Part shown: piece by piece, positions 25,363 to 34,006 of the stretch | How the letters are laid out: each line of letters opens with the position of its first letter | Numbering within the stretch: position 1 is the first letter of the stretch | Notes under the pieces: model-generated | The model's database searches: none | The model's input: the letters and a program-made list of their open reading frames with translations, nothing else | What the model was told of the DNA's origin: nothing | Program-made: the position numbers and the translations under genes | Source: Gaiellaceae bacterium | GTDB lineage: Bacteria; Actinomycetota; Thermoleophilia; Gaiellales; Gaiellaceae | Assembly (NCBI GenBank): GCA_036564335.1 | Contig: DATCPA010000090.1 | Span: forward strand, 1 to 57,200 | Length of the DNA stretch: 57,200 bases | Reading direction: 5' to 3'

Positions 25363-25936
25363 CCGAGTCTTCGTCGTGACCGGCCCCTCGGGGGCCGGGA
25401 AAGGCACGCTGATCAAAGCGCTGCTCGAAGACCTGCCCGAGCTCGAGGCGGCGATCTCGGCGACGACGCGGCTGCGCCGCCAGGGCGAGCAGGACGGTCG
25501 CGAGTACTACTTCCTCAGCGACGCGGAGTTCGCGCGGCGCGTCGCGGACGGCGACTTCCTCGAGCACGTCACGTACGTCTCCGGCAAGCGCTACGGGACG
25601 CTCCGCTCCGAGGTCGACCGGATCGCGGCGGCTGGGCGGGTTCCGGTGCTGGAGCTGGAGACCGAGGGCGCGCTGAACGTCAAGGAGGACGTTCCGGGCG
25701 CCGTCACCATTTTCATCACCGCGCCGATTCCCGAGCTCGAGCGGCGCCTGCGCGAGCGCGCAAGCGAGAGCGAGGGCGAAATCGGCGAGCGGATCGGCCT
25801 CGCCCGGAAGCAGCTCGCGCAGGCTGACGAGTTCGACTACGTGGTCGTCAACGACGATCTCGCGCGCGCCGGCCTCGAGCTCGAGGAAATAATCCAGCGA
25901 GAGTTAGCCGCGGCCGGTACCATGAGCCGGCCGTGA
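25340..25936 (+). CDS. gmk: guanylate kinase
   Basis: 198 aa with the P-loop GPSGAGKGT, the TTR..R.GE.DG.EY.F motif and FLEH....G..YGT. The start is TTG 25340. Confidence 0.92.
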   Translation: MGSSTGASRVFVVTGPSGAGKGTLIKALLEDLPELEAAISATTRLRRQGEQDGREYYFLSDAEFARRVADGDFLEHVTYVSGKRYGTLRSEVDRIAAAGRVPVLELETEGALNVKEDVPGAVTIFITAPIPELERRLRERASESEGEIGERIGLARKQLAQADEFDYVVVNDDLARAGLELEEIIQRELAAAGTMSRP

Positions 25937-26160
25937 TTCATCCTCGCATCGATGAGCTGCTCAACCAGGTCGACTCGCGCTACGCGCTGGTCATCGTGGC
26001 TGCGAAGCGTGCTCGCCAGATCAACAACTACCACCACCAGCTCGGTGAGGGCACCTTCGACGAGTTCCCGCCGCTCGTCGAGTCCCGCTCGAAGAACTAC
26101 TTGACCATGTCCCTCGAGGAAGTCTCCGAGGGCAAGATCAAGTACACGTACAAAGCCTGA
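25933..26160 (+). CDS. rpoZ: DNA-directed RNA polymerase subunit omega
   Basis: 75 aa with SRYALVIVAAKRARQINNY. It forms a GTGA junction with gmk. Confidence 0.9.
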   Translation: MIHPRIDELLNQVDSRYALVIVAAKRARQINNYHHQLGEGTFDEFPPLVESRSKNYLTMSLEEVSEGKIKYTYKA

Positions 26161-26188
26161 CGGCTTTGTACTAAAAGGGCTGACACAG

Positions 26189-27334
26189 ATGGCCCGTGTT
26201 CTTCTCGGAGTCACCGGTGGCATTGCCGCCTACAAGGCGTGCGAGCTCTGCCGGCTGCTGGTTCAGGCCGGGCACGAGGTCACGCCCGTGCTGACGCCGG
26301 ACGCCGAGGGCTTCGTCACCGCCCGGACGTTCGAGGCGCTCGCCCGCCGGGAGCAGCCCCGCGAGCTCTACCCGCATCTCGTCGACGCCGACCTGCTCGT
26401 GATCGCGCCGCTGTCGGCGAACACGCTTGCCAAGCTCGCGCACGGGCTGGCCGACAACGTGCTCACGCAGCTGTCGCTTGCCTTCCGCGGCCCGACGCTG
26501 GTCGCTCCGGCCATGAACGTCCGGATGTGGGAGCACTCGGCGACGCAGGCCAACGTCGCGACGCTGCGCGAGCGAGGAGTCGAGGTGATCGGGCCCGAGG
26601 CGGGCGAGCTCGCCGAGGGCGAGACCGGACTTGGACGGATGAGTGAGCCGGAGGCGATCTACGCCCGTTGCCAGGAACTCCTCGCGCAGCCGCTGTCGCG
26701 CCTGCGCGACAGGACCGTGCTCGTGACTGCAGGTGGAACCCGTGAGCCGCTTGACTCGGTCCGCTTCGTCGGCAACCGCTCCTCGGGGCGGATGGGAGTT
26801 GCACTCGCGGCCGAAGCGGCCCGGCGGGGTGCGCGGGTGACGCTGCTTGCGGCCAACCTGGCAGTGCCTGCGCCCGCCGGGGTCGAGGTCGTTGAGACTC
26901 CCACGGCAGCCGACATCGCCCGCGAGGCGAAGGACCGCGCCGGCGCCGACGTCGTGCTGATGGCGGCCGCGGTCGCCGACTACGCGCCCGAGCAACTGGC
27001 CGGGAAGCGCCCGAAGAGTGGCGAGGCGTGGGAGCTGCGCCTGCACCCGACCGAGGACATACTCCGCGGCCTCGGCGAGTCGCGGAACGGCACCGTGCTG
27101 GTCGGCTTCGGCGCCGACGAGGGCGAGCAGGGGCTGGAGCGCAAGCGGCGGATGCTCGCCGAGAAGAACCTCGACCTCGTCGTCTTCAACGACGTCTCGC
27201 GGACCGACATCGGCTTCGACGCGCCCGAGAACGAGGTTGTGCTCGTCTCGGCGGCCGGCGAGCGCACCGTGGCGAAAGCGCCCAAGCAGCACATCGCGGC
27301 CGAGATCCTGGACGAGGTCGAGAAGCTGCTCTAA
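26189..27334 (+). CDS. coaBC: bifunctional phosphopantothenoylcysteine decarboxylase / phosphopantothenate--cysteine ligase
   Basis: 381 aa with the N-terminal flavoprotein motif LLGVTGGIAAYKA, PAMN, and the C-terminal CoaB half with FVGNRSSGRMG. Confidence 0.93.
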   Translation: MARVLLGVTGGIAAYKACELCRLLVQAGHEVTPVLTPDAEGFVTARTFEALARREQPRELYPHLVDADLLVIAPLSANTLAKLAHGLADNVLTQLSLAFRGPTLVAPAMNVRMWEHSATQANVATLRERGVEVIGPEAGELAEGETGLGRMSEPEAIYARCQELLAQPLSRLRDRTVLVTAGGTREPLDSVRFVGNRSSGRMGVALAAEAARRGARVTLLAANLAVPAPAGVEVVETPTAADIAREAKDRAGADVVLMAAAVADYAPEQLAGKRPKSGEAWELRLHPTEDILRGLGESRNGTVLVGFGADEGEQGLERKRRMLAEKNLDLVVFNDVSRTDIGFDAPENEVVLVSAAGERTVAKAPKQHIAAEILDEVEKLL

Positions 27335-28245
27335 GCGGGCGCGAGGTGGAAGCCGCCGGCTTCCTCGAGCCGGGCGATCCTCGCCTCGAGCGGCGGGTGC
27401 GTGTCGAACAGCGACCTGAAGGACGACTGGATACCCGATGCCTGGTTGAGGGGGTTCTCGATGAACATGTGCGCGACCGCGCGCGGCGCGTGCTTCGTCT
27501 CCTGGGTGTCGAGTTGCAGCTTGCGCAGTGCGAGCGCGAGGCCCTCGCCGTCGCCGGTGATCTCCGCTCCCGAGGCGTCGGCGAGGTACTCGCGACGGCG
27601 GGAGACGGCGAGCTGGATCAGGACGGCGGCGATCGGGGCGATGACGAGCGCGGCCAGCCCGAGCGCGAAGGCGATCAGCCCGGCGTTGCCTCCGCTCCGT
27701 CTTCCGCCGCCGAAGATGGAGATCCGCAGCAGGAAGTCCGACGCGAGCGCAACCACCCCGACGAGCACGGCGACGAGCGTCATCAGGCGCACGTCATGGT
27801 TGCGGATGTGCGAGAGCTCGTGGGCGAGGACGCCTTCGAGCTCACGCTCGCTCATCAGGTTCAGCAGGCCCGTCGTGACCGCGACGTAGGCGGTCTGCGG
27901 GCTGCGCCCGGCGGCGAAGGCGTTCGGCGCGTTATCCTCGATCACATAGATCGGCGGCGTCTTCGGCAGGCCGGCGGCAATCGCGACCGTCTCGACGACG
28001 TGGTAGAGACGCGGATACTGAGCGCGGTCGGCCGGCTTCGCGCCCGTGACCGAAGCGACGATCTTCCCGGCGCTCAGCCAGCTGAAGATCGCGTACACGA
28101 AGCCGATGATTGCCACGACGATCAGCAGCGAGAGGTTGAACGCGAAGCCGAGGATTGCGCCGAGCCCGCCGACGAGGAGCGCGAACAGGATGAGCAGCCA
28201 GAGGGTGCGCCAGCGGTTCGCCCGGATCTGCTCCTGAAGCGTCAC
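27331..28245 (-). CDS. htpX: zinc metalloprotease HtpX (M48 family)
   Basis: 304 aa with four TM segments and the HELSHIRNHD zinc motif. Its stop overlaps the coaBC stop (CTAA). Confidence 0.9.
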   Translation of the reverse strand: MTLQEQIRANRWRTLWLLILFALLVGGLGAILGFAFNLSLLIVVAIIGFVYAIFSWLSAGKIVASVTGAKPADRAQYPRLYHVVETVAIAAGLPKTPPIYVIEDNAPNAFAAGRSPQTAYVAVTTGLLNLMSERELEGVLAHELSHIRNHDVRLMTLVAVLVGVVALASDFLLRISIFGGGRRSGGNAGLIAFALGLAALVIAPIAAVLIQLAVSRRREYLADASGAEITGDGEGLALALRKLQLDTQETKHAPRAVAHMFIENPLNQASGIQSSFRSLFDTHPPLEARIARLEEAGGFHLAPA

Positions 28246-28802
28246 GGCTGCGGGAAGGACACGGCGGGGGCGTCGCGTGCGTCGGCCTCCGTCTCGAAGA
28301 ACTCGCGCTGCTGGAACCCCAGCGCGCGGGCGACGATCACGGCCGGGAAGCTCTGCAAGACCGTGTTGTACCGGTAGACGGTCTGGTTGTAGTAGCGGCG
28401 GGCGGCGGCGAGCTTGTCCTCGATGTCTGCGAGCTCCTGCTGCAACGCCAGGAAGTTCTCCGAGGCCCGGAGCTGCGGGTATGCCTCGGAGACCGCCAGC
28501 AGGCGGTTGAGCGCGCCGCCGAGCACGGTGTCGGCCTGCGCGGCGGCTGCCGGGCCGCTTGCCTGCTGAGCGGCCGCCCGTGCCTGCGTCACCGAGTCGA
28601 ACGTCTCCCGCTCGTGCGCGGCGTAGCCCTTCACCGCCTCGACGAGGTTCGGAACGAGGTCGGAGCGCCGCCTCAGCTGCACGTCGATGTTCGCCCAGCC
28701 TGTCTTGGCCTCGTTCCGGAGGCGGACGAGCCGGTTGAACGTGAGGACGAGGAAGAGGAGCAGGACGGCCGCAACCGCGGCCAGGACGATCAGCGCAATC
28801 AA
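28242..28802 (-). CDS. lemA: LemA family protein
   Basis: 186 aa with an N-terminal TM helix followed by FNRLVRLRNEAKTGWANIDVQLRRRSDLVPNLVE. It forms a GTGA junction with the downstream htpX. The start is TTG. Confidence 0.9.
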   Translation of the reverse strand: MIALIVLAAVAAVLLLFLVLTFNRLVRLRNEAKTGWANIDVQLRRRSDLVPNLVEAVKGYAAHERETFDSVTQARAAAQQASGPAAAAQADTVLGGALNRLLAVSEAYPQLRASENFLALQQELADIEDKLAAARRYYNQTVYRYNTVLQSFPAVIVARALGFQQREFFETEADARDAPAVSFPQP

Positions 28803-28825
28803 GGTGACCGCGATACTAGATCCCA

Positions 28826-29524
28826 GTGGGTGGAGCGCGACTGGACGTGGTGGTGATGGCGGCGGGCGAGGGGCGGCGCCTGCGCCCGCTGACGGAGCGC
28901 TACCCGAAACCGGTCCTGCCGATCGACGGTCGCCCCGTGATCGCGACGCTGCTTCAGGAGCTCCGCGCGGCCGGGATCGAGCGCGTCACCGTCGTCACCG
29001 GCCATCTGGCCGAGCAGGTGGAGGAGTTGCTCGCGGGCTTTCCGCTCGAGCTGCGTTTCGTTCGCCAGCCGGAGCCGCTCGGCTCGGCGGACGCCGTCCG
29101 GCGGGGTCTTCAGGCGGTCCCGGCGCTGGTCGTCGCGGCCGACACGGTCTTCACGCCCGGCGACGTCGGTCGCTTCGTCGCGACGCCCGGGCACGCGATC
29201 GCCGCCCGCCGGGATCCGCCGCCGGAGCCTCCGGGGCGCTACGCGCTCGGGATCGAGGACGGCCGAGTGACCCGCGTCCTGGACGACGACCCGGCCAACC
29301 CGCTCGCGGCGGCGCCGCTCTGGCGACTGGGCGAGAGCTTCGACCCTGGCCTGCTCGATGAGCTCGGCGGCCCGCCGTACGAGCTGGCGGAGGCGTTTCA
29401 GCGGCTGATCGACGCGGGAGAGACCGTGCACGGAGTCGAGATCGGCCCGACACGCGACTTGACGCATCCGCTTGACTTGATGGAGAACAATTTTTCCTAC
29501 CTGAGGGCACTGAGAGCAACATGA
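28826..29524 (+). CDS. sugar-phosphate nucleotidyltransferase family protein
   Basis: 232 aa with the N-terminal signature [23 protein letters not shown]. Confidence 0.8.
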   Translation: MGGARLDVVVMAAGEGRRLRPLTERYPKPVLPIDGRPVIATLLQELRAAGIERVTVVTGHLAEQVEELLAGFPLELRFVRQPEPLGSADAVRRGLQAVPALVVAADTVFTPGDVGRFVATPGHAIAARRDPPPEPPGRYALGIEDGRVTRVLDDDPANPLAAAPLWRLGESFDPGLLDELGGPPYELAEAFQRLIDAGETVHGVEIGPTRDLTHPLDLMENNFSYLRALRAT

Positions 29525-29871
29525 CCGAGGTCTACGACTACTACCAGCAGGGACGGCGCCACCTGAAAAAGGGGATGGCCGCCCAGGCGACCGTGCCGCT
29601 CGAGAAGGCCAAGCGGCGGGCGCCGGACAAGGCGTCGATTCGCGAATCGCTCGGGATCGCCTACTTCCGCATCGGCCGCTACGACGAGGCCGCCGAGGAG
29701 TTCCGCGCGATCCTCGAGCTCTCGCCGACCGACGACTACGCCCACTACGCCCTCGGGCGTTGCCTGGAGAAGCAGGGCAAGGCGACCGAGGCGAACGGCC
29801 ACTACAAGCTCGCTCGCTCGCTGCGGCCGCAGAGCCAGCAGTACGCGGCGCGCGTGATGGACCTGGACTGA
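29521..29871 (+). CDS. tetratricopeptide repeat protein
   Basis: 116 aa with two or three TPR-like units ([26 protein letters not shown]; [22 protein letters not shown]). It forms an ATGA junction with the upstream gene. Confidence 0.75.
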   Translation: MTEVYDYYQQGRRHLKKGMAAQATVPLEKAKRRAPDKASIRESLGIAYFRIGRYDEAAEEFRAILELSPTDDYAHYALGRCLEKQGKATEANGHYKLARSLRPQSQQYAARVMDLD

Positions 29872-30293
29872 GGGCCGTCGTTCAGCGGGTCGCGCGGGCC
29901 GCCGTCTCGCCCGGCGGCGAGATCGGCCCGGGCCTGTCCGTGCTGCTGGGCGTCGCGCGGGGCGACACGCCGGGGGACGCCGAGCGGCTGGCCGGCAAGG
30001 TCGCGCGGCTGCGGATCTTCGAGAACGACGAGGGCAAGTTCGACCGCTCGCTGCTCGGAACGGGCGGCGCCGCTCTGGTCGTCAGCCAGTTCACGCTGAT
30101 CGCCGATACCGGGAAGGGCAACCGGCCGAGCTTCTCGGCGGCCGCGCCGCCCGAGGAGGCCGAGCCGCTCTACGAGGCGTTCTGCGCGGCGCTGCGCGCA
30201 CTTGGCATCGAGGTTGCGGCGGGCGTGTTCGGTGCCCGGATGCAGCTCGAGCTGGTCAACGACGGCCCGGTCACGATCATCCTGGGCACCTAG
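29868..30293 (+). CDS. dtd: D-aminoacyl-tRNA deacylase
   Basis: The canonical N-terminus (M)RAVVQRV begins at CTG 29868, which overlaps the TPR stop as CTGA. It also has SQFTL and the NDGPVT C-terminal motif. The ORF-track start 29760 lies entirely inside the TPR gene. Confidence 0.85.
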   Translation: MRAVVQRVARAAVSPGGEIGPGLSVLLGVARGDTPGDAERLAGKVARLRIFENDEGKFDRSLLGTGGAALVVSQFTLIADTGKGNRPSFSAAAPPEEAEPLYEAFCAALRALGIEVAAGVFGARMQLELVNDGPVTIILGT

Positions 30294-31627
30294 ACGTTGC
30301 CCTCGGGGAGCTGCCTGGCGCTGGGGCCTCTGGCGAAGATCAACAAAATGGCGAGGAGGCAGACGGCGAGATTTCGGGGCAGCGCGAGCCCGAACATCAG
30401 ACCGATGTTGTTGAAGTGGTGCCAATGTTCCGGGAACCAGAGACGGGTGAGCACAACGGCCACCGCCAGCGTGAGTAGGGCAGCGCGGCGCAAGGTCAGG
30501 GCCACGAAGGGCACCAGCCAGACCAGATACTGCGGAGAAAAGACCTTCGAACACGCGATCGCGATCGCGATCGCGGCTGTGCAGCGGGCGATCAAAGCCT
30601 CCGTGGAAAGACTCACCATTGCCGAGCGCCACCAGAGTGCAAGCAGCGCCACCGCCCCGGCGATGCCGATCACCAACCCGAGGTGCGCTGCGTGACTGCC
30701 TTCGAAATTGATCGATCCATAGGACTCCTCCGTGCCGATCTCCCGCCATCCCAAGATGTGCTCGAAGCCGACGATCGATCCGGCGGTGCTCTCGATCTCA
30801 ACCGGCCGGTCGATGAGATAGGTGAACGGGTAGCGAAGTCCTCTGAGGCTGAGGATCGCCGCTGCCCCGAAACAGATCCCCGTGGTGAGCGCGAACGCGG
30901 CGAGAGGGGCAAGCGTTCGCTTCCAGCCCACCGTGCGGAGAGCCTGCACGAGGAGGAGCGGTAGCAAGACGAGACCAAAGAGCTTTGCCGCGATTGCGAA
31001 GCCGAGCAGCGCGAAAGCAGCCGTCAACTGTCGCCTGACGAACAACGCCACAGCGGCAATCGTGAGGAGGGTCGGCCACATGTCGTACCAGGCAATCGCG
31101 ATCGGACCGAGTGCGAGCGGGCTGACCCCGACCACAGCCGAGGCGGCGAGAACCCTCCAGGGTTCGTGCCAGAGGAAGTTCGCCGTACTCGCGACGATGA
31201 AGACGATGAGCAGCCCGCAGATCAGCATTGCTGCCTTGAACAGATCCATGTACGTCAGTCCCGCTATCCCGGCGTGCTGAAGCCCTTCCTGCGCCCACAT
31301 CGGCGTCAGGAAGGCGAGCAGAGAAACAGGCGGATACTCGATGAGGAACTGGCGAATCGGTACCTCACTGTGCGTCTTCTGAGCGATGTACTCGTAGGTG
31401 TCTACGTCGCCTCTAAAGCGGTGCGACCAGAGTCCAGTGGTCGGGCTGGATGCCGCCGCTAGATAGAGGACGCAGCCCACGAGAGTCGCCACGAGCACCG
31501 GGCGGCGCCGGAGCGCGTTGAGCCTGGTCACGAGGCGAGTTGGAAAGCGTGCGGACAGGTCAGAGGCCTGGACTGACCTGGCGCCAGCACCAGCCGAGTC
31601 CGTCTTCACGTAGCGCAGTGTAGGCAC
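30290..31627 (-). CDS. polytopic membrane glycosyltransferase, DUF2029/GT87-like
   Basis: 445 aa with more than 9 hydrophobic helices. The N-terminal loop with DVDTYEYIA...YPPVSLL resembles the GT-C/GT87 mannosyltransferase family. The start is uncertain. Confidence 0.6.
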   Translation of the reverse strand: MPTLRYVKTDSAGAGARSVQASDLSARFPTRLVTRLNALRRRPVLVATLVGCVLYLAAASSPTTGLWSHRFRGDVDTYEYIAQKTHSEVPIRQFLIEYPPVSLLAFLTPMWAQEGLQHAGIAGLTYMDLFKAAMLICGLLIVFIVASTANFLWHEPWRVLAASAVVGVSPLALGPIAIAWYDMWPTLLTIAAVALFVRRQLTAAFALLGFAIAAKLFGLVLLPLLLVQALRTVGWKRTLAPLAAFALTTGICFGAAAILSLRGLRYPFTYLIDRPVEIESTAGSIVGFEHILGWREIGTEESYGSINFEGSHAAHLGLVIGIAGAVALLALWWRSAMVSLSTEALIARCTAAIAIAIACSKVFSPQYLVWLVPFVALTLRRAALLTLAVAVVLTRLWFPEHWHHFNNIGLMFGLALPRNLAVCLLAILLIFARGPSARQLPEGNV

Positions 31628-31728
31628 GACGTCGGCGGCATGGGCGATGCCGCGCCCTGTGGCGACCTCGCCTGATCCGGGCGCGCGAGCGCGTTGCAGG
31701 GACGCCCGCTGCTATCCTGCTGAGACCA

Positions 31729-31776
31729 CATTTCACCGGCTTGGCGAAATGGGCGCGCGGCGCCCATTTCTTGTGT
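31729..31776 (+). terminator. terminator/antiterminator-like leader element upstream of rimP
   Basis: GAAATGGGCGC-gcg-GCGCCCATTTC (31746-31770, an 11-bp perfect stem) is followed by TTTCTTGTGT. The upstream CATTTC (31729-31734) can pair alternatively with GAAATG. Confidence 0.5.
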
Positions 31777-31787
31777 AGGAGGACGTT

Positions 31788-32231
31788 TTGGCGCAGGTTC
31801 ACGACAGGGAGCGGGAGCTGACAAGAGAGGTTTCGCAGACGGTGACGCAGGGCCTTCCAGGAGTGGAGGTGCTCGCCGTCGAGATCACCGGCCGAGAGCG
31901 GTTCACGGTCTACGTCGACCATCCGCAAGGGGTCGATCACGCTCTCTGTGCGCGCGTCACCGGTCTCCTGCGCGGCTATCTCGACCGCTACACGGTGGAC
32001 GTCTCGTCCCCGGGGATCGAGCGTCCGCTGCGCACGCCCGCACACTTCCGCAACGTAGTCGGCCGCAAGGTCGCCCTGCGCACGGCCGACGAGATCGCCG
32101 GCCGGAAGCGCTTCCGCGGCGAGCTCGTCGCCGTCGGAGAGCGCTCGGTGCAGGTCGCAGCCGGCGAAAGCAAGGTGGACATCCCGTTCGAGGCAATCGT
32201 GCGGGGCAACCTCGTCGACGAAGGACAATGA
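31788..32231 (+). CDS. rimP: ribosome maturation factor RimP
   Basis: 147 aa with VDVSSPGIERPLR. The start is TTG, preceded by AGGAGGA. It occupies the conserved position before nusA. Confidence 0.88.
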   Translation: MAQVHDRERELTREVSQTVTQGLPGVEVLAVEITGRERFTVYVDHPQGVDHALCARVTGLLRGYLDRYTVDVSSPGIERPLRTPAHFRNVVGRKVALRTADEIAGRKRFRGELVAVGERSVQVAAGESKVDIPFEAIVRGNLVDEGQ

Positions 32232-32249
32232 CATGAGAAGGGCGATGAG

Positions 32250-33758
32250 ATGAGCAAAGAGATCATCGAAGCGGTCAAGACGATCGAGCGCGAGAAGGGG
32301 ATCGAAGAGGACACGCTGATCCATGCGCTCGAGGACGCGCTCCTCGCCGCCTACAAGAAGACGCCCGGCGCCTCGCGCCACGCCACCGTCGAGCTCGACC
32401 CGGACAGCGGCGACTTCCGCGTGTTCTCGATCGAGCTTCCGAAGGACATCGAGGAGCGCCTGATCGAGGAGGCCCGCGAGCGTGCGATCACCGAGCTCGA
32501 GCTCCAGGAGGAGGAGACGGGCGAGCACTCGCACGTGCTGGTCTCCGACGAAGACCTGCAGATCGACTGGTCCGACATCGATCCTGCGCTGGTCCGCCGG
32601 GCCGATGTGACGCCCGAGAACTTCGGCCGCATCGCCGCGCAGACGGCGAAGCAGGTGATCCTGCAGCGGATCCGCGAGGCCGAGCGCGAGATGATGTACG
32701 ACGAGTACATCGACCGCGTCGGCGAGGTCGTCACGGGCATCGTCCAGCAGGCCGGCGACCGCAACAACGTGCTCGTCGACCTCGGCAAGGTCGAGGCGCT
32801 GCTCCCTCGTTCGGAGCAAGTTGACGGTGAGCGTTACGAGCAGGGGAGCCGCATCAAGGCGGTGATCACCGAGGTGCGCTCGGGCACGAAGGGCCCGCAG
32901 GTGATCCTCTCACGGCGCGATCCGGAGCTGATCCGCACGCTGTTCGAGCTCGAGGTACCCGAGATCGCCGACGGCCTCGTCGACATCAAAGGCGTCGCCC
33001 GCGAGCCGGGCTACCGCTCGAAGATCGCAGTCGAGTCTCACGCCCAGGGCGTCGACCCGGTCGGCGCCTGCGTCGGCCCCCGCGGCTCGCGGGTGCGCAT
33101 GGTCGTCTCGGAGCTCCGCGGCGAGAAGATCGACATCATCCCGTGGAACAACGAGCCGGCGCGGTTCGTCGCCAAGGCGCTCTCGCCGGCGCGCGTCCGT
33201 GAGGTCTACATCGACGACGAGACCAAGGAGGCGACGGTCGTCGTCCCCGACGACCAGCTCGCGCTCGCGATCGGCAAGGAGGGCCTCAACGCCCGCCTGG
33301 CCGCTCGCCTGACCGGGTGGAAGGTCGACATCCAGTCCGACACCGAGTTCGCGCAGGCCGAGGCGGAAGCGGCGTTCTCGGGAGCCGAGGGCGACGACTT
33401 CACCGGGCGCTGCGTGGCGATCCTGTCGACCGGCAAGCGCTGCCCGAACGCGGCACTGCCGGGCTCCCGCTTCTGCGGTGTGCCCGCCCACCAGGAGCTC
33501 GCCAAGCGCGAGGCTGCCGGCGAGGACCTCGGCGAGCAGATCGTCCAGCCGGGCGGAGCCGAGCCGGAGGAGGACGAGGCAGGGGACGTACAGGAGGTTG
33601 CTGCCGAGACGGTTGCGGAGGAGCCGACCGACGGCAGGGACAGTCCTCAGGTGACCGTCCCTGAAGCGACTCCGCAGGAGCCCGCCGCCGCCGGCGAAGC
33701 CGAGTCGACCGCTGTTGCTACTGCTGCTACCGCAGAGGAGCCCGAGCCTGCTGCGTGA
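32250..33758 (+). CDS. nusA: transcription termination/antitermination factor NusA with long C-terminal extension
   Basis: 502 aa. The N-terminal, S1 and two KH domains are present (GACVGPRGSRV; LAIGKEGLNARLAARLTGW), followed by a Cys-containing and acidic tail of about 130 aa. Confidence 0.93.
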   Translation: MSKEIIEAVKTIEREKGIEEDTLIHALEDALLAAYKKTPGASRHATVELDPDSGDFRVFSIELPKDIEERLIEEARERAITELELQEEETGEHSHVLVSDEDLQIDWSDIDPALVRRADVTPENFGRIAAQTAKQVILQRIREAEREMMYDEYIDRVGEVVTGIVQQAGDRNNVLVDLGKVEALLPRSEQVDGERYEQGSRIKAVITEVRSGTKGPQVILSRRDPELIRTLFELEVPEIADGLVDIKGVAREPGYRSKIAVESHAQGVDPVGACVGPRGSRVRMVVSELRGEKIDIIPWNNEPARFVAKALSPARVREVYIDDETKEATVVVPDDQLALAIGKEGLNARLAARLTGWKVDIQSDTEFAQAEAEAAFSGAEGDDFTGRCVAILSTGKRCPNAALPGSRFCGVPAHQELAKREAAGEDLGEQIVQPGGAEPEEDEAGDVQEVAAETVAEEPTDGRDSPQVTVPEATPQEPAAAGEAESTAVATAATAEEPEPAA

Positions 33759-34006
33759 CCCCGGAGCCCGTCCGCACCTGCGTCGGCTGCGGCCGCAAGG
33801 CGCCGCAATCGGAGCTTCTGCGCTTCGTCGCGCCGGACGGAACGCTCACGCCCGGACGGCGCCGGCCGGGGCGCGGGGCGTATACGTGCCGGCGGCTCGC
33901 CTGCTTCGAGCGCGCAGCCTCGCGACGGGCGTTCGCACGTGTGCTGCGGCGCTCCGTGAGCGTCGATCCGGCTCTGGCGGCCCTCTACACTGAAGACAAT
34001 GGCTGA
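33755..34006 (+). CDS. ylxR: YlxR/RnpM family RNA-binding protein (DUF448)
   Basis: 83 aa with RTCVGCGRK...LLRF and GRGAY. It forms a GTGA junction with nusA. Confidence 0.88.
   Translation: MTPEPVRTCVGCGRKAPQSELLRFVAPDGTLTPGRRRPGRGAYTCRRLACFERAASRRAFARVLRRSVSVDPALAALYTEDNG

Noticed and set aside
29760-29867. ATG 29760 as the dtd start
   Set aside because: The 36 extra codons lie wholly within the TPR gene in another frame. The Dtd family N-terminus MRAVVQRV aligns to CTG 29868.
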